Assembly: GCA_963693365.1 (NCBI GenBank)
Contig: CAVNZM010000003.1
Span: forward strand, 3,357,106-3,421,105
Direction: 5' to 3'
DNA: 64,000 bases
DNA from: Amoebidium appalachense
Lineage: Eukaryota; Protista; Ichthyosporea
Positions 1-36,160 of this stretch are shown here, piece after piece. The position numbers were made by a program, and so were the translations under genes. The notes below the pieces were generated by a model that did not search any database, was not told the origin of the DNA, and saw nothing but the letters and a program-made list of their open reading frames with translations. Within the stretch, counting starts at the first letter, position 1. Every line of letters begins with the position of its first letter.

Positions 1-21
1 GGGTTGCTTATGCAGGCAAGG
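1..21 (-). mobile_element. Probable end of a third copy of the 452-bp element, in a NOC2L intron, running off the window
   Basis: GGGTTGCTTATGCAGGCAAGG matches 37491-37511 (GGGTTGCTTATGCAAGCAAGG) at 20/21 positions and is followed closely by a long poly-G tract. Confidence 0.6.
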
Positions 22-30
22 GCAGTGGGA

Positions 31-70
<40 letters not shown>

Positions 71-76
71 GCAAAC

Positions 77-193
77 CTTGACAAGCAGGCGTGCCAGCTT
101 TGGGTAGCAGGCAAAGTAGGGGGCCATAGGCTCAAGACACTGAAGGCTGAAGGCTAGCATGGTGGGCTCAGACAGCTGTGTGTGTGTGTGTGC

Positions 194-281
<88 letters not shown>

Positions 282-449
282 TTGTGCATAGGGAGGTGTG
301 GGGTTGCATGGGTGAGTTGCATACCCCCGATTTCCTCTGCCTCCCTGCCTTTTGTGCGAACACAGCTGTATATTACATCTGTGTGTCGGCGTTTGTGTGC
401 ATGCAACATCCACATCCATCCCCTCCACCCGCCCCCTTCCCCTCCTCCT

Positions 450-541
<92 letters not shown>

Positions 542-932
542 AAGCGTCTTGTATTATCATACATGCATGTTGTGCATGCACACATCCACCCCCACCCCAC
601 CCACCTGTCTGACAAAGTGCAGGAGGTTTGCCACATAGCTCTTGACCATTCCCTTCATGTAGCGCCAGTTCTTGCTCTTGGATGGCAACGGTGCCCTGAA
701 GACACAAAAAAAGAAAAGAAAAGAAAAAAAGTCAGTTGTTGTGGCTTTTTTTATTATTGTATTGTGTATGTAGACGCATTTGTTTGTGCTAATGCACTAC
801 GTCTTAACACACACAGATGGAGAAAGGGTCCTGCACGAAAGTCACTGTGTGTGTGTGTGTGTGTGTGCGTGCGAGGGCGGGTGTGTGTGTCTAGAAAGGG
901 GGGGGCCAGGGCGTGCACGTGGGGAAGTGTGT

Positions 933-963
<31 letters not shown>

Positions 964-1316
964 GGGGGAGGGGGGGGGGGGGGAGGAAGGAATGGGCAAT
1001 TTCGACCACACGTACATTGCAGCCAATATTTTTCTTTTGGGGCACCTAAGTGCGCGTGGGAAGTGGAAATGTGGTACGAGCAGGAAGAGGGATCGTGATG
1101 GGAAGGGTTGCCGGTAAGCATATATTAGCATTTATCATTAATAAAACGGTGTTACTGACATAACGGGTAAGGAATTGGGGGGAGGAGAGGGGGGAGGAGA
1201 GGGGGAGGGGAAGGGGGTAAGCGTACGGCTTGCCATCTTTGGGGGCTGGCACTGGAACGTGGTGGTTCAAAGCAAGCGGCATCTTGCGGAGACACATGAC
1301 GATGAACTTGTTGAAC

Positions 1317-1397
<81 letters not shown>

Positions 1398-1789
1398 AAG
1401 GTGTGAGCTAGTGCGTCCCCCTCCCCCGTTCCAAATACAGACACATGCACACACACACACACACACACAAACACACACATACATTCCTCTGACCCCTAAA
1501 CACCCAGCCACCCACACAATCCCCCCCCTCCTCCACTCCCCAAACACCCCCCATCAAAAAACACCCACACCCATCCACTCCCTTCTGGACAACCCCCACC
1601 CACCCTACCCACCTCTCCATCCCCCACCATCCTCTCTCTCTCTCTCTCTCTCCCCCTCCCCTACATCCACCCACTGACCTCACCCCCCTGCCCCCCTCCC
1701 CCCTCCACCAAACCCCCCTTCTCCCCCCTCCTCCTCCTCCCCCTTCCACCCACCCACCCACCCACCCACATCCACCCCCCCCCCCCCCC

Positions 1790-1821
<32 letters not shown>

Positions 1822-2932
1822 ACACACACACATACCTGCCGACCCCTCCAGCCTATACTTGAAGTGCGTCTTTGGCTTCTTGGGGTCCTCTTCATCCGCT
1901 GCGTGTGCCGCCGCCTTAAACGCACTTAGAACAGAGCGAAGGGCGTTAAGGGAGTGGTCCTGTGGGGATATAAGTAGACATGGCTATATTAGGAAATATG
2001 TGTTGGAAAGATTAGGCTCTAAAATCAGGAAAAGAACTCATTCCCCCCCCCCTTCCCCTTTCCTCTTTTCTCTTCAGCCTTTTTAACTTTTTGTTTTTGG
2101 TTTCTTTATTTTTGTTTAACTAGTTTTTTTGGGGACAACGAGGGGGATGGGGGGAGGGTGGGGGAGGAGTAGCATGTGTGCAGGTAAACTCGACATTAAA
2201 CATACATTACATACACACACGCATGCGCGCACGCACACGCACAAACCCCCCCCCCCCCCCTCAACCCACTCCCCCCTCCCTCCCACCCACACCCCACCCA
2301 CCCACCCACTCATCCACCCCCCCTCCCCTCCCACCATCCCACCCACCCACCCACCCACACGCACCCCCCCCCCCCCCCCCACCCACCCCTACCAACCTTC
2401 ACACACCCATCCCACCCCCCCCCCCCCCCCCCCCCCGAACCCCATCCCCTCCCCCCCTACAACCCCCACTCCCCCGCATATACCCCCACACCCACCCCCC
2501 CACTTACCCCCCCCCCCCCCCCCCCCCCAACACACACACCATACCTCGAATGCCTCCTTCTCCCACTGTGCCAGCATCTGCTTAGTCACCGCCTTTCCCA
2601 CCAGCTTGGCCGGCTTCTTCTCTTCCTCTTCCTCCTCCTCCTCCCCACCGCTCACATCGTCCATATCCATCCCATATTCGCTCCCATCCCCCCCATGCCC
2701 CCCATCCTCCCCACCCTCCCCCTCCCCATCCCCCTCACTCTCTTCTTCATCTTCATCAGCTCCAAACTCGAGCAATCCAGGCTCTTCCTTTGCAAGTGTC
2801 TCGAAGAATGCAGGGTCTTTCTCCTTCAGCTTCATCAACATCTCGTGGTGTTTGGCTGCTGCAGACCCCTTTTTCCCCTTCTGTGTGACAATGTGTAAAC
2901 GTCAGTCCAAAACACACTGTCTCAGGCTTCGA

Positions 2933-2963
<31 letters not shown>

Positions 2964-4428
2964 ACACACAACACACACATACCATACCAAACACACACAT
3001 AGCTGGTTTTGAATTTTGATGGCTTGGAAGTATCCTTCCTCCCTCCCCCCCCCCCCCCGCCCAAAGAAAAAAAAACACACACACATACACACACCTCCAC
3101 CCTCTACCCACTAACCACTTGCCCCCCCCCCCCCCCCCCCCCCTCCTTCCCTTTTTCTCAGCATACAAAAAAGGCTGGAAAAAAAGGGGGGGAAAGAGAA
3201 TAATATGAAGAAAGTAACCAAGATGCAAGCCTCCTCACCACCATTCTCCCGGCGAATCCTCCATCCCTCCCCTCCCCCCTCAAAACACACACACGCTCCA
3301 AAAAAAATAATGAAAAAGGCCCTGGGATGGAGAGCAGCGGGGCGGGGGGGGGGGGGGGGGGGGGGAGGGGGGGCAGCTTGCCTTTCCCGTGGGGGCTTCT
3401 TCATCCTCTGCCTCTGAGTTATCCTCCCCCTCCTCAGAGTCCCTAAAGCAAAGACACAAATCAACACAAGAAGTGTGGGTTGCCTAATTTGTTATTGTTG
3501 CCACTCCAAAATCCTATTTGATGTATATCAATACGTATGTGACATCTCTCAATGTTTTATCTGATGATTATTATAAATTGCTATCACATATCCATTCAGG
3601 CATATGATTGATCTATTATCTATCAATGGCTTTTTGATATCCATCATCTGATTAAATGCCCAAAGGAACGACCCTTCGACCTTTTGTTTGCCCTCCAATT
3701 TTATCTTCCCCCCTCCCTGCCCTCCCCCCCCCCCCCCCCCCCCCCCCCCCACACACACACACCCTTTGATCCATACACGTACAAGAGCTGCATCGCATTC
3801 TTACAGGCAAATTATCGACACTCCCACGCTCTCACCCCCTCTCCCTCCCTTTCTGTGTCTTGCCCCCCCTTTCTGTGTCTTAACCCCCCCCCCCCCTACT
3901 TTTCTAACCCCCCCCCCCCCCCCAACCCATGCCACTGCCCTTCTCTCCCCTCCCCCCTCCCCCCGACACAAGCACTAAACTCACCAACCCTTCCACCCAC
4001 CCACATTCCAGATGCGTGTGCACGTGGGCGCACGCGCGCAAATACAGGCACGCACACACACGCACGCACGCGCATGTGTGCGCGCACACACACACACAAC
4101 TACACAGGACTTCCCCGGCACACCCCTGTCTCCAAACCCACCTGCCCTCTCCCTCTGAGGCCTCGCCCTCGCTGTCATCATCCAACCCATGTTCCAAAAA
4201 GTCATCCACTGTCATATCCTCGTCCTCTTCCTCCTCCACTTTTCGCTTCTTGCCTGTCAGGTGAAAGGGGCGGTGGATGGGCAGGAAACGTGGGAGAAAG
4301 GGGAGAGGGAAAGGGATGGCGGGGAAGGGGAGGGGTGAGTGAGTGAGCAGTGAGTGAGTGAGTGAGTGAGTGAATAAGTGAGTGAGTGAGTGAGTGAATG
4401 TGTGTGCGTGTGTGTGCGCGTGCGTGCG

Positions 4429-4463
<35 letters not shown>

Positions 4464-4826
4464 CTTCCTTTTTTTTGGGGGGGGGGGGGGGGGGTAGGAG
4501 GGGGGGGGGGGGGGGGGGGGGGGGTAAATAGGAAAAGGCGGTAAGTGCCTTCACTACTCGGGCACGCCCCCAACCTTTATCCATTTAGAATTAGCGGATT
4601 TCGAAGTCAGTTACCAATGTTCTCAGGCGTCCCAAAGAGATCCCCGTTGCATGTCCAGCACGGCCTTCGCAGCCCCGACACACCTAGGTTCACACCAACA
4701 GCCAAAGAACGTGAGCATACCTGGTCGTTCTGGTGCCTCCTTCACCGCCCCATTCTTGGCTGGCTTGGCCGCAACGGCGTTAAAGCGCTCCGGCGCAGCC
4801 TTTTTCTGCTTAGCTGCTTTCCCCAT
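77..4826 (-). CDS. NOC2L: Nucleolar complex protein 2 homolog (Noc2/NOC2L), 5' part; gene continues beyond the left edge of the window
   Basis: Hand-spliced, phase-consistent exons (minus strand): 4721-4826, 4142-4253, 3382-3442, 2545-2880, 1836-1959, 1227-1317, 605-695, 77-175. Product MGKAAKQKK...MTVDDFLEHG...HHEMLMKLKEKDPAFFETLAKEEPGLLEF...VTKQMLAQW...VFNKFIVMCL...LPSKSKNWRYMKGMVKSYVANLLHFVRQLSEPTML has the Noc2 hallmarks: VDDF motif, L..LKEKDP.F motif, acidic tracts, W..L...VKSY..NLL. Confidence 0.93.
2881..3381 (-). other. GC-AG intron in NOC2L
   Basis: Exon 3382-3442 ends ...ACG GGA AAG|GCAAGC. No GT donor follows before poly-C. A phase-0 join to the acceptor cacacag|AAG GGG AAA at 2880 restores the frame. 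Confidence 0.75.
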
Positions 4827-6412
4827 CTTACCGGTAGCCCGCTAGAGAGATGATGCACTCACGTACACAAAAAACAAAGGGATGGTGTTTTCCTGACCCT
4901 GTCGGCACGTATTGTGGATCCTAATCCCAAACCTAGCGTTCAGAGCAATAATAAGCAGGAACTTTATGCTCTATCAATAGTTCCTCCTCCTTTCCTACGT
5001 AACTATGAACGTTTAGAAGATCACCATGCACTTCTCAAAATCTCCTTCTGTCAGCGGCTCTCTCTCCTCCGAAACGTTTGAAACGCACACGGACAGGAGG
5101 CCAAAAATTGTACACGTGCACATGTGCCGATAGAATTCTGGCTCACCCAACTGTTTGCGCAAACAAGGCGCACTCAATGTAATTTGTTGAGTTTTGATTG
5201 GTTCGTGTTCTTGCACGGTTGATTGTGGGACGGAACGGGCATGAAACGTTGAAAAGTTGTTGGTTGAAGCTCAAAAGGGCGCGAGCGTGTGCTGTTTGTG
5301 AAAGTGTTTTTGGAAAGCTTTTTTGGGGGTCGGTCAACGTTAACGCAAGCTTGAAGTAATGTTTCCGAAGATTTTTTTTTTTTTTTTCCATTTTTTGTTT
5401 GCCTTTATGGCTTTATTTGCTGAAAAAGTAGCTTGTTATTGTTTTTTTTTTTCTAGTTTGTAAGAAGCGTGAGGTTTGAAGAGTACAAAAGGCTACCAAT
5501 GTTTATGGCAGGGAGCAGTGTGGAAGGGTGGTGGCGGCTGTAGCAAGGGATGTTGAATTGTAAAGCAGAAAGTTTTAAAACTCCACGCTTTTCTCTATAT
5601 TATTCTCCGTAAAGTTTAACAACGTGTGCCCTTTTAACTCCCGTGACAGTTTCACCGAACTGCCTTGCTTTGTCCACAGCGAAGATTGAAAACCAAAATG
5701 TAACTCAGAAACAGTTTTCTTGTTGGCTTTACAAACACTCCAGGAGTATGCGTAAATAGGAAGATAAGGATGGAATATTATTATTCTTGAACCCAACCAC
5801 GTTATTTCTCGGCGTCCATAAACGTTGTGAAAATGTCTGACGATGATCTTTTTGCTCTGGATGAGCTAAACGACAGCGACACGGAGGATTTGAACCTTGA
5901 ATCACTGGATAGTGATAACTCGTGCATACGCAATTTACTGAAACAGGTAGGTCAACCATCGTTTGCATGCTTGCATATGGCACCCAACTGTCTTGAGTAG
6001 AATACATACACTCACCATCTTGAGCAACCACAAGTGCTCGAAGGCAGCTTTTGCCTCTTTACGCCTGTGCACACAAAACAACCTAGAAGGAAAATATTCA
6101 AACATCTGCACAGACAACCAAGCAAAAGCACATTAATGCAAAACTTTAATACATGTATGGGTGCATGCTTATGCAACCCCATTTTTTAGCACACGCACTT
6201 TTTGGCTGAGAGAAAGAACATTGTTTGTTTAACTCACTAATAAAAGACTCCTGATCTAGTTTCTCGTGAGTTCGACTCCTACCTCTCACGCATTCTCAGT
6301 TGTCTTTTCGACTTATTCCGTACCTGGCACTTCCAGGCCACTCAATGCTCCCGCAGTGAGATATCAATGTGTCTTTTTTTCTCTTAGTTGCCATCCGCTC
6401 AATCCATGCATA
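4827..6412. promoter_or_regulatory. Divergent (bidirectional) promoter and 5' UTR region between NOC2L and SNAPC4
   Basis: 1.6 kb free of (CA)n and poly-C/G tracts between two head-to-head genes. Reverse CCAAT (GATTGG) near 5196. Possible 5' UTR intron of about 6266-6387 (gtgagt...ctcttag). Confidence 0.5.
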
Positions 6413-27729
<21,317 letters not shown>

Positions 27730-27836
27730 TTTGGTCTGTGAGGCCTAACTTCTTTTTCAATTTTATTTTATTTTATTCTGTTTTGTTTTTTTTGTTTATT
27801 TTTGTTTTGTTTTTTTTGTGTGTGTGCGTGTGTGCG

Positions 27837-27868
<32 letters not shown>

Positions 27869-27870
27869 AC

Positions 27871-27944
<74 letters not shown>

Positions 27945-28734
27945 GGGGAGGGGGGGAAGGGGGGGAAGGGGGAGGGCAGCACAGCCATGTAGGCAGCGAT
28001 TGTTTGCACTCGGTACGAAGCGCATATACAAACATCTCCCTTTTTTTTTTTTTTTTTTTTTTTTTCCCCTCCCTTTGTGTCCTGAGCATGGACACGTAGG
28101 GTGTGGCAGTGGCAATGTGTGCACGATGTACATATGGATTCGATCGACGCAGAATTATGGCGATACTGAAGCTATAATATTGAACGGATGTAAGCCAATA
28201 TACTGGAACCGAAATGTTGAATGGATAGGGCCAAAATATATATGAAGATTTACTGTACATGTTTGTAGCCTTTGGAACTTGGTGCTTTGTGGATGCATAT
28301 GAGTAATAAACCAACCGTCTCTTAGTACACACAAAGGTGCAACTGGGTCAACTGAATATACATGGGAAGTTGTGTTTTGTGTGTTTGAGGAGGCACCCTT
28401 TAGGCTTCAGCAACGCTTGCAGCGAGCTGGTGACATAGAGACCAGCGCAGTGAAAACACCCCTGCCGTTGCAGTGTTTCCATATTCGGCAGAAACAGAAT
28501 ATTATTACAGTGGGCGGTTGGCAACGAATAATTTTTTACCAGTGCAAGCTAGGAAATCTAGGGACGCTGTTTTATTCTACGAATCCCCGGCACGTGCACC
28601 ACATACTTCTCAGCCGAGTGGCCACCCCCCCTCCCCCCCCTCCCCCCCCCTCTCCCTGCGCCCCCGGGCCCCGCCTGTGGATCTCCCGCCCATTCGGCGC
28701 GGAGGTGTGTGTGTGTATGTGTGTGCCACGGTGT

Positions 28735-28771
<37 letters not shown>

Positions 28772-29453
28772 CGTGTGTGTGTGTGGTGGTGGTGGTGGCA
28801 GTGGTCTTTTTTTTATTTTCTTTTTCTTTGGGGGGGGGGGGGGGGGGGGGAGGGGGCAAACATAGGAATATATACGAGAGGGTGTGAGTCTCGAGGGCAC
28901 CGTAGCATATCATGATGCGATTAACACAAGGTCTTCTATATTGATAGTATCATATGCCACTAGTAGGCCTGCCTTCGATTATTAATGTCGTGTAACTTTT
29001 AAAGCTTTAATTCAGCAACAGCTTTGAGGGCAGCCAGCCACAATCCTCACAGAGGGTGAGAGAAATGGCAAGAACCAACCAGACTGATAGCTGCAACACC
29101 ATCAAGGAATCTGACTGAGGGCTGCCCAACTCAAAACACACGGCAATCCCGGTTATATTGGGTGCTTGTTTCTGTTATCTGATTGTGGGACCAAATAGGC
29201 ACCATTACTAGTACATTGACTGTCTGGGAATGTACTTCGGTATCCTGGGCAGTGGGCCAACCCTGTTCACATATGTCAGCCAGAAATAACACACTGAACA
29301 TACAAACCGAACAAAACACGGTTGAAATCAACCAGAACATGAGCCCTTCCCCCGCTTCCCGCTTCATCAAGCTTACCCTCGAACTCGTGTTGCATAGGTC
29401 TGTGATCTCTCGACCCCATATCCCCTTTCATCCTGCGGTTGAAGGTACAAAAC

Positions 29454-29810
29454 TTTTGCTGAAACACAAAGGGCACACACAAACGTTGACACGTTCAAAA
29501 CACACTGCCACGCCGCAGTAACATGTAGGGGATGGGGCACGTACACATGCAGCTTTGCCCACCGTCACATACGGATTCTTCACGTGTGTACGTGCACATA
29601 GGTTTTTTCCCCACGCTTTGTTTCTTCCTTTTTCAGGTTATCCGTGCGATGTGTGCCTCATTCTCTTTTTGATTGTTTTCTCCATCCATCCACATCCATG
29701 TGAATGTTTGCACGAGCCTCAGGGTAGTGGCCCAGTAATCATGGTATATGTAGAACGTATGTAAAATGTTTCTTGTTTAAAACCTTCTATTCGCTCTCTC
29801 TTTTTCTTGG

Positions 29811-29846
<36 letters not shown>

Positions 29847-30390
29847 CCCCCCTCCCCCCCCCCCCCCCCCCCCCCCCCCTTCCCCCCCCCCCCCTCCCCC
29901 CTCCCTCCTCCCCGGAGGCCTCCTTTCGGCGGCCGCCAGAAAAAAAAAGTTTCTCCTCCTCCACCGGGCCGTCGATCATGCGCGCTTGAAGTTATATTGC
30001 AAATGTCTGATCATCCGGCCCGCAACACCTCTTTCTCGTGCGGTTGCAAGCACAACCTCTTGCTGAAGCACAAACATGCACACAGAGACGATGAAAAACA
30101 TGCACAAAGAGACGATGAAAAACATGCACACAGAGACGATGAAAAAAATGCACAAAGAGACGATGAAATACACACTGCCATGCACAGTGGCATGGAGGGC
30201 ATGGAGGGCATGGAGCACGTACCAACCACAGCTTTGCCCACCATCACATATGTATAACCACGTGCGTACGAGCACATAGGCTTTTCCCCACTCTTTTTCT
30301 TAAACCGTGCGGATCTATGCCTCTTTCTATTTTTTCCCTTCCCCCATCCATCTCTGTGGAATGTGTCCATAACGCTAGTGACCCAATTAC
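29454..30390. repeat. Diverged direct duplication (29454-29740 vs 30059-30390) containing a 24-bp x4 minisatellite
   Basis: Shared blocks TTGCTGAA.CACAAA and CAGCTTTGCCCACC.TCACATA...CACATAGG.TTTT.CCCAC. CATGCACA(C/A)AGAGACGATGAAAAA occurs four times at ~30075-30168. Confidence 0.7.
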
Positions 30391-30520
30391 TTGCAGAACG
30401 TTTTTGAACTTCTCTTGTTGTCCTATTCCTTCGCTTCCTTATGTGGTCTCCCCCCCCCCCCCCCCCCCCCCACTCCCTCCGTACCTGTTTCCCTCCCCCC
30501 CCCCCCCCCCCATCTCTCTC

Positions 30521-30573
<53 letters not shown>

Positions 30574-30611
30574 CCCTCTCTCTCTCTCTCTCCCCCCCCT
30601 CCCCCCCCCCC

Positions 30612-30679
<68 letters not shown>

Positions 30680-31671
30680 ATCTCTTTCTCTCTCTCTCTT
30701 CCTCCATGCCCCCTCTCCCTCACCGCAACCCGCTCTCTAAGAGCTCGCCCGCAAATCTGATATGCACATTTATTGTGCAAGGTGTTATTGACTCTGTGTG
30801 CCAAGGTGTAATTACGAATGTACTGCATTGTTTTTTTGTATCGCGGCGGATGTAAAGCTGTAGGCCCCCTAACCCGAAATGTAAAATAGATGGGGCAGAA
30901 TGTTGATCTATTTGAAACCGTCACTCACAGAACCCACTAATGGCTTACTCATCTTTTTTATTGGATCACTCAACCTGTTCACTGCAGGGACACTTTTACT
31001 ATTAGAGTGCTTTCACCTTTAACAGGTGTGGGATAAAGTAGGTTTCAACAGCAGTTCTAGGCAACTCCCAACCATCAAAACAAGTGACACTACATTTTTC
31101 TCTAACTGGTAGAAAGAAGAGTAGGCGTCACCCCAGGAATGGTGTTCTTGACCTGCTTTAATCAACGGGAATGATCCTGTGAAATGATTATGGGATCACA
31201 CAACCATGCAGCCATTCACTCAATGACACCCTTTGGGCCAGGGGGGGGGGGGGGGGGGGGGGGGGGGAAGGAGAAGGTAGGTGGGGGGAAAGCACAGCAG
31301 GTGTGTATGTGCTTTCGAATTCAGCAACGTTTTAACTTTTCAAAGCAGTCGGGCACAGTCATTCCTGACAGAATTTGTGATTCGGAAGGAATGTCATGAT
31401 GGTAATCAAAACACGACAACCCCGGAGTGCATTCCGTTTTCTAATTTTTTTTTGTTAGGTGACTTAAAGTGTGGACCGTTATGAAACTTTCACCAACATG
31501 AAAGTTTGGTAATGTACCATATCATTATGGGCATATGTAATGATTGCCACGACACACATGTTTATCTAATGGGCTCCAAAATAAAGTCACCTCAGAAACC
31601 GTCACAGTCAAACACCACTGAAAACGAAAAGAACATACACTATGCGTATACATTTGAATCACTGGTCCCAC

Positions 31672-31707
<36 letters not shown>

Positions 31708-31865
31708 CACACACAAAACGCCCCCCCTCTCTCCTCCCTTCCCCATCCCTCCTCCTTCCATCCCCCCCACCTGCACACACGCACCAAACAACAAGCACTA
31801 AGTCCTGAGGCCATAATGATCAAAGGAATCAGTTGTAACCGTAGGCACAAGCTTATAAATGTGTA

Positions 31866-31967
<102 letters not shown>

Positions 31968-32893
31968 GGCGCACGCGCATGAGAAACTGTGCGCGTATGC
32001 TGCGGGGTGTGTGTGTGTGTGTGGGGTGGGGGGTGGGGTGGGGGGTGGGGGGGGGGGGGGGCATGTGGGGTATGTAAATACGGTTTCAGGAGGAGGTTCA
32101 AGATTGAGGGCGTCACGCCATGATGCGAACAAGAAAGTGCTCCAAGTTTCAGATTCAGCAATGGTTTTCAGGGCAGCCTGACTCAAACCTCGCAGAATGT
32201 GTGGATCGTCGAAGCTGCTTAATGGCTGCAGCACCGTCAAAGGACTGGAGGGGAGACTGCTCAAACTAGAAAGCAAAACTATCCAGGATATTTTAGAGGT
32301 TTGATTCTCCTACTAGTATATGATTGCGGACCCGGTTGCAAACCTACATTAGATTCCTGCACAGGGGGCATAAATCTTCAGCGTCTATTTCAGCTACAAA
32401 TAGAACAGTAAAATGATCACATCAAACGAGAAATACACATGTTTCTCACCCAGAAGCCCCCCCCCCCCCCCTCCCCCCCTCCCCCCCCCCCCCCCCCCCC
32501 CTCCCCCTCTCCCCCTCCGCGTATACCCATCACAATCGTCCTTTAAGTTAGGTGTATGCCTGAAATCATTCCGACCCTCATGACATAGTATCTCTAATCC
32601 CTTATGTGGTCGATTACAACCTGTCGTAAAAACACAAACATGCACATACAAAGCAAGCACAAGACACATGCACAATGACATGGGGAGCATGGATCACATA
32701 CGTAACACACTTGGATGTGTGTGTGTGCGTGTGTGCGTGTGTGTTTGTGTGTGTGCGCACGCGCACGTGCATGTATCATGCACATGTGCGCGTGTGTGCA
32801 TATGTGGGTGTGTCTGTGTGTATGCGTGTGTGTGTGCGTGTGCAGGTGACGCTTGTATTTTGTTTTTAAGTTTTTTTCGTTTCTTTTTTTTTT

Positions 32894-32924
<31 letters not shown>

Positions 32925-33085
32925 GAGATTGGGAAGAAGCGTGCCCTTCTGCCCAACTAAATGCTAGGTATTTGTTACGTAATTAGTAACCACTATCTAC
33001 GTGCTCGCGCAAGTTGTATAATGCTCGTACGCCATGTGGCTTGCTTTAGCATGTTGGTACATTGTGGTTATGTATGTCGTCTGTA

Positions 33086-33118
<33 letters not shown>

Positions 33119-33710
33119 TCGTTGTTTTTTTTTTTTTAGCGTGCTCAGCAACTCTGATGCTGACCGGTCAAGCTGCCGAGCTTTTGCTCTCAAGTTCTCG
33201 TTTTTATGTGATCTTAAAATGGTACTGCTCTCATCTTATCTTAGCCTCACACACGTGTATTTCCTAGTATGAAAATTGTCTCTGTTAAGGTTTTGTCTTG
33301 TGAGAACAGGGAGCAGAATGGGAGGCCGGGGGGGATGGGTCTAAATAGAATGGGGGGGAAGGGGGAGGGGGGGAGGGGGGGGGAGGGGGGGATTTGTAAG
33401 CAACACATGTGAAAGGAATCCGAGAGAAGAAGAGAAGTGAGGTTGGTGATGGGAGGGGGTACCCGGTGTGTGTGTGTGTGTGTGCATGTGTTGGTGGGAG
33501 AAGTGGGGGTACAGGTGGGATATGGAGTATGAGGATGTTTCGCGGAGAAATTTAAAGAGTACCATAGAGTTTTTCAATGATCTCTCACTGTGTGCTACGG
33601 TGTGTTGTGTGTGTGTGGGGAGGGGGTGGTTGTGGTTGGGTGGGTGGGAGGGGAGGAGGAGGGGGGGGGGGGGGGGGGGGGGGAGGGGAGGGGGAGCAAA
33701 TAAAGTGTGA

Positions 33711-34110
33711 GATCATTTGGATGGTGTGGGTGATACTGTAGTCATCGGATGGCTGGTAGCCGTAGGAATGGATGATGTGCTGTGTACGTACGTGCCCCTT
33801 CTGGAATTTATTTTCACCATAACCAGTCAAAAATATGGAAGCTTTATGAACATCTTTCCTAATCCGCATCGTCTCCCCCTTCTGCCCCCCTCCCCCCCCC
33901 CCCCCCCTTTTGCCCCCCTCCCCCCCCCCCCCCCGGCCCAAAAAAAATAATAAATAAAAAATAAAAATAAATTTAAATATGCCATCGGTATTGCAGGTGA
34001 ATGGAACCGGAAGAACACTTGTTTTCGAACCGGGCTGGTGGCATTCCGTCATCAGCCACATCAAGTTGAACCACGGAGAGGGCCGTGGGGGAATGTGCTG
34101 TTTATTAACG
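33711..34110 (+). pseudogene. Possible decayed JmjC/cupin-type oxygenase fragments
   Basis: Three motifs occur in JmjC order: DHLDG (33711), SKIWKLY (33827, different frame), and after a ttgcag acceptor VNGTGRTLVFEPGWWHSVI (33997), which resembles G..L.IP.GWWH.V. They cannot be joined cleanly and stops flank them. Confidence 0.35.
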
Positions 34111-34326
34111 ACATGTACAATTACAAAATGTAATTAACTAGTGTCGTAGATTTAAAATTTACTGATTCTAATGCTAAACTGTTTAAATCTAGAATCAAGT
34201 TGATTTAAAAGTTTTAAAAGACATGATAGGCAACGAAGCCCTGAATGCCACCCCATAGTCTTACTGCAGAATAATCTACCCTTGGGAGATGTGTGATGCG
34301 TACAGATTTTTTTGGTGTGTGTACAC

Positions 34327-34437
<111 letters not shown>

Positions 34438-36093
34438 TGTGTGTGCGTGCGCACGTGTGTGTGTGCACGCGCGCAGGCGTTTGTGTTTGTGTGCACGCAT
34501 GTGTTTGTGTGTGTGTGTGGGTGGGTGTGTGCGCGTGTGTGTACAGTGTGTGTACGCGCACACGTGTGTGTGTTCGTGTGCACGCGTGTGCGTGTGTGTG
34601 TGTGTGCATGTACGTGCGTGTGTGTGTGCGCGCGCAAGTGTGTGTACACGTGTGTGTGTACATGTATGTGTGTGTTCTGCAACACACAGACATTCAAACA
34701 AAACATGTACCCACAAGATAACCACTTCAGTCAGCGACATGAAGGAAGACCCAATCGCAGGAATTCAATACGATTTAAAGTTTGTCTCTTAATCGCGGAT
34801 CAGCCGCTCGAATTATTAGAACGAGTAACGGCAAATTCCTGAGCTCAGATCAGCTTTGGAGGCGTCACTCGCCAGACCTTTGAAGAGAGAAAATGCAAAA
34901 CTTAAAAAGTCTCCCTCGGATACATTGCAACAGAACCTACCAATGATCAAAAAATCTAGCTCTTTATATTATCTTTTGTGTATAATTGTGTTGAATTCTG
35001 AGCACTTATATTACACTCCCGAAAGTTCGCTCAAGCCACGCGTACGTCGTGCTGCCCCTTTGTCTCAAGGAATTCCTATTGGTTCAATGTTTAGCTTTAG
35101 GTTAATGCAAAAAAATGTAAAGCTTCTATGTCAAAGAGGCTCTTGTTGGATCGAGATCACGCAGAACCTGTTGAATCGCGCCTCCTGATTGGGTCTGCCT
35201 TCATGTCGCTGACTGTAGCGTGCACGCACACACACACACTGTATATAGCCTATACACCTACCACCTACAGAGGCGGTGTCTCCTTTCTTTCTTTTTTCTT
35301 TTTTTTGTTTTACTTAGTAGATGTTAAAACGTCGCACGTGCGGCAACACGTCAGTACGTGTTAGCCTATACACAAGCGTGTGCACTCATGATTGCAGGCA
35401 GGCACGTTCGCCCGTGCTCGCACTCACCCACACTTACAAAAGAACATAGGCATCACACCAACATTTCACCTGTAAAGTTCCCACATGAAATCCCCCCCAC
35501 ATCCCCCCCCCCCCCCCCCCCCCCCGCCGCCGCCGCCGCCCACCTCCCAAAGGGGGGAGGGTGGGGGGGGTGGTGGGGGGGGATGTGTTGAGTGTGAAGG
35601 GGGTGTGAGTGGTAGGGAGTGATGGGAGATGTGCAGGGGAAATTCTGAAGGGCATTCGATTACTTGTCGATTCGAACCAGCCCGAATGTATCATTCGGAC
35701 CCAGTTTTCCATCAGCTCCAGATTTATTACACCAATAGGCCAGGCTACATATATCGCATACACTACAAATAAATAGCTTCGATCAAGTTTCACATGCACA
35801 GATACTGTCTATAATTCGAAGTTTAAATGTTCACGGGGTGCCTATTTTTGGTCGGTAACCTATATGTATTCATTAACAAAATGGCTTGCTTCTGCCACTT
35901 TATCAAGTTATATTCTTATGGTATGGTGTGGTTGCTACAGTCGCATTACGTTGGGGTAGTATCGTTTGTTGTAAAATTCTATCAACTCATCTGCCGGTTA
36001 TGTACTATTTCTAATAGCTAGGCTGCCTGTCTACCTCTGGTTAAAGCAAGTAGGGATATGTGCAAGTATGTACAGTAACTGTGCATGCCCCTC

Positions 36094-36160
<67 letters not shown>

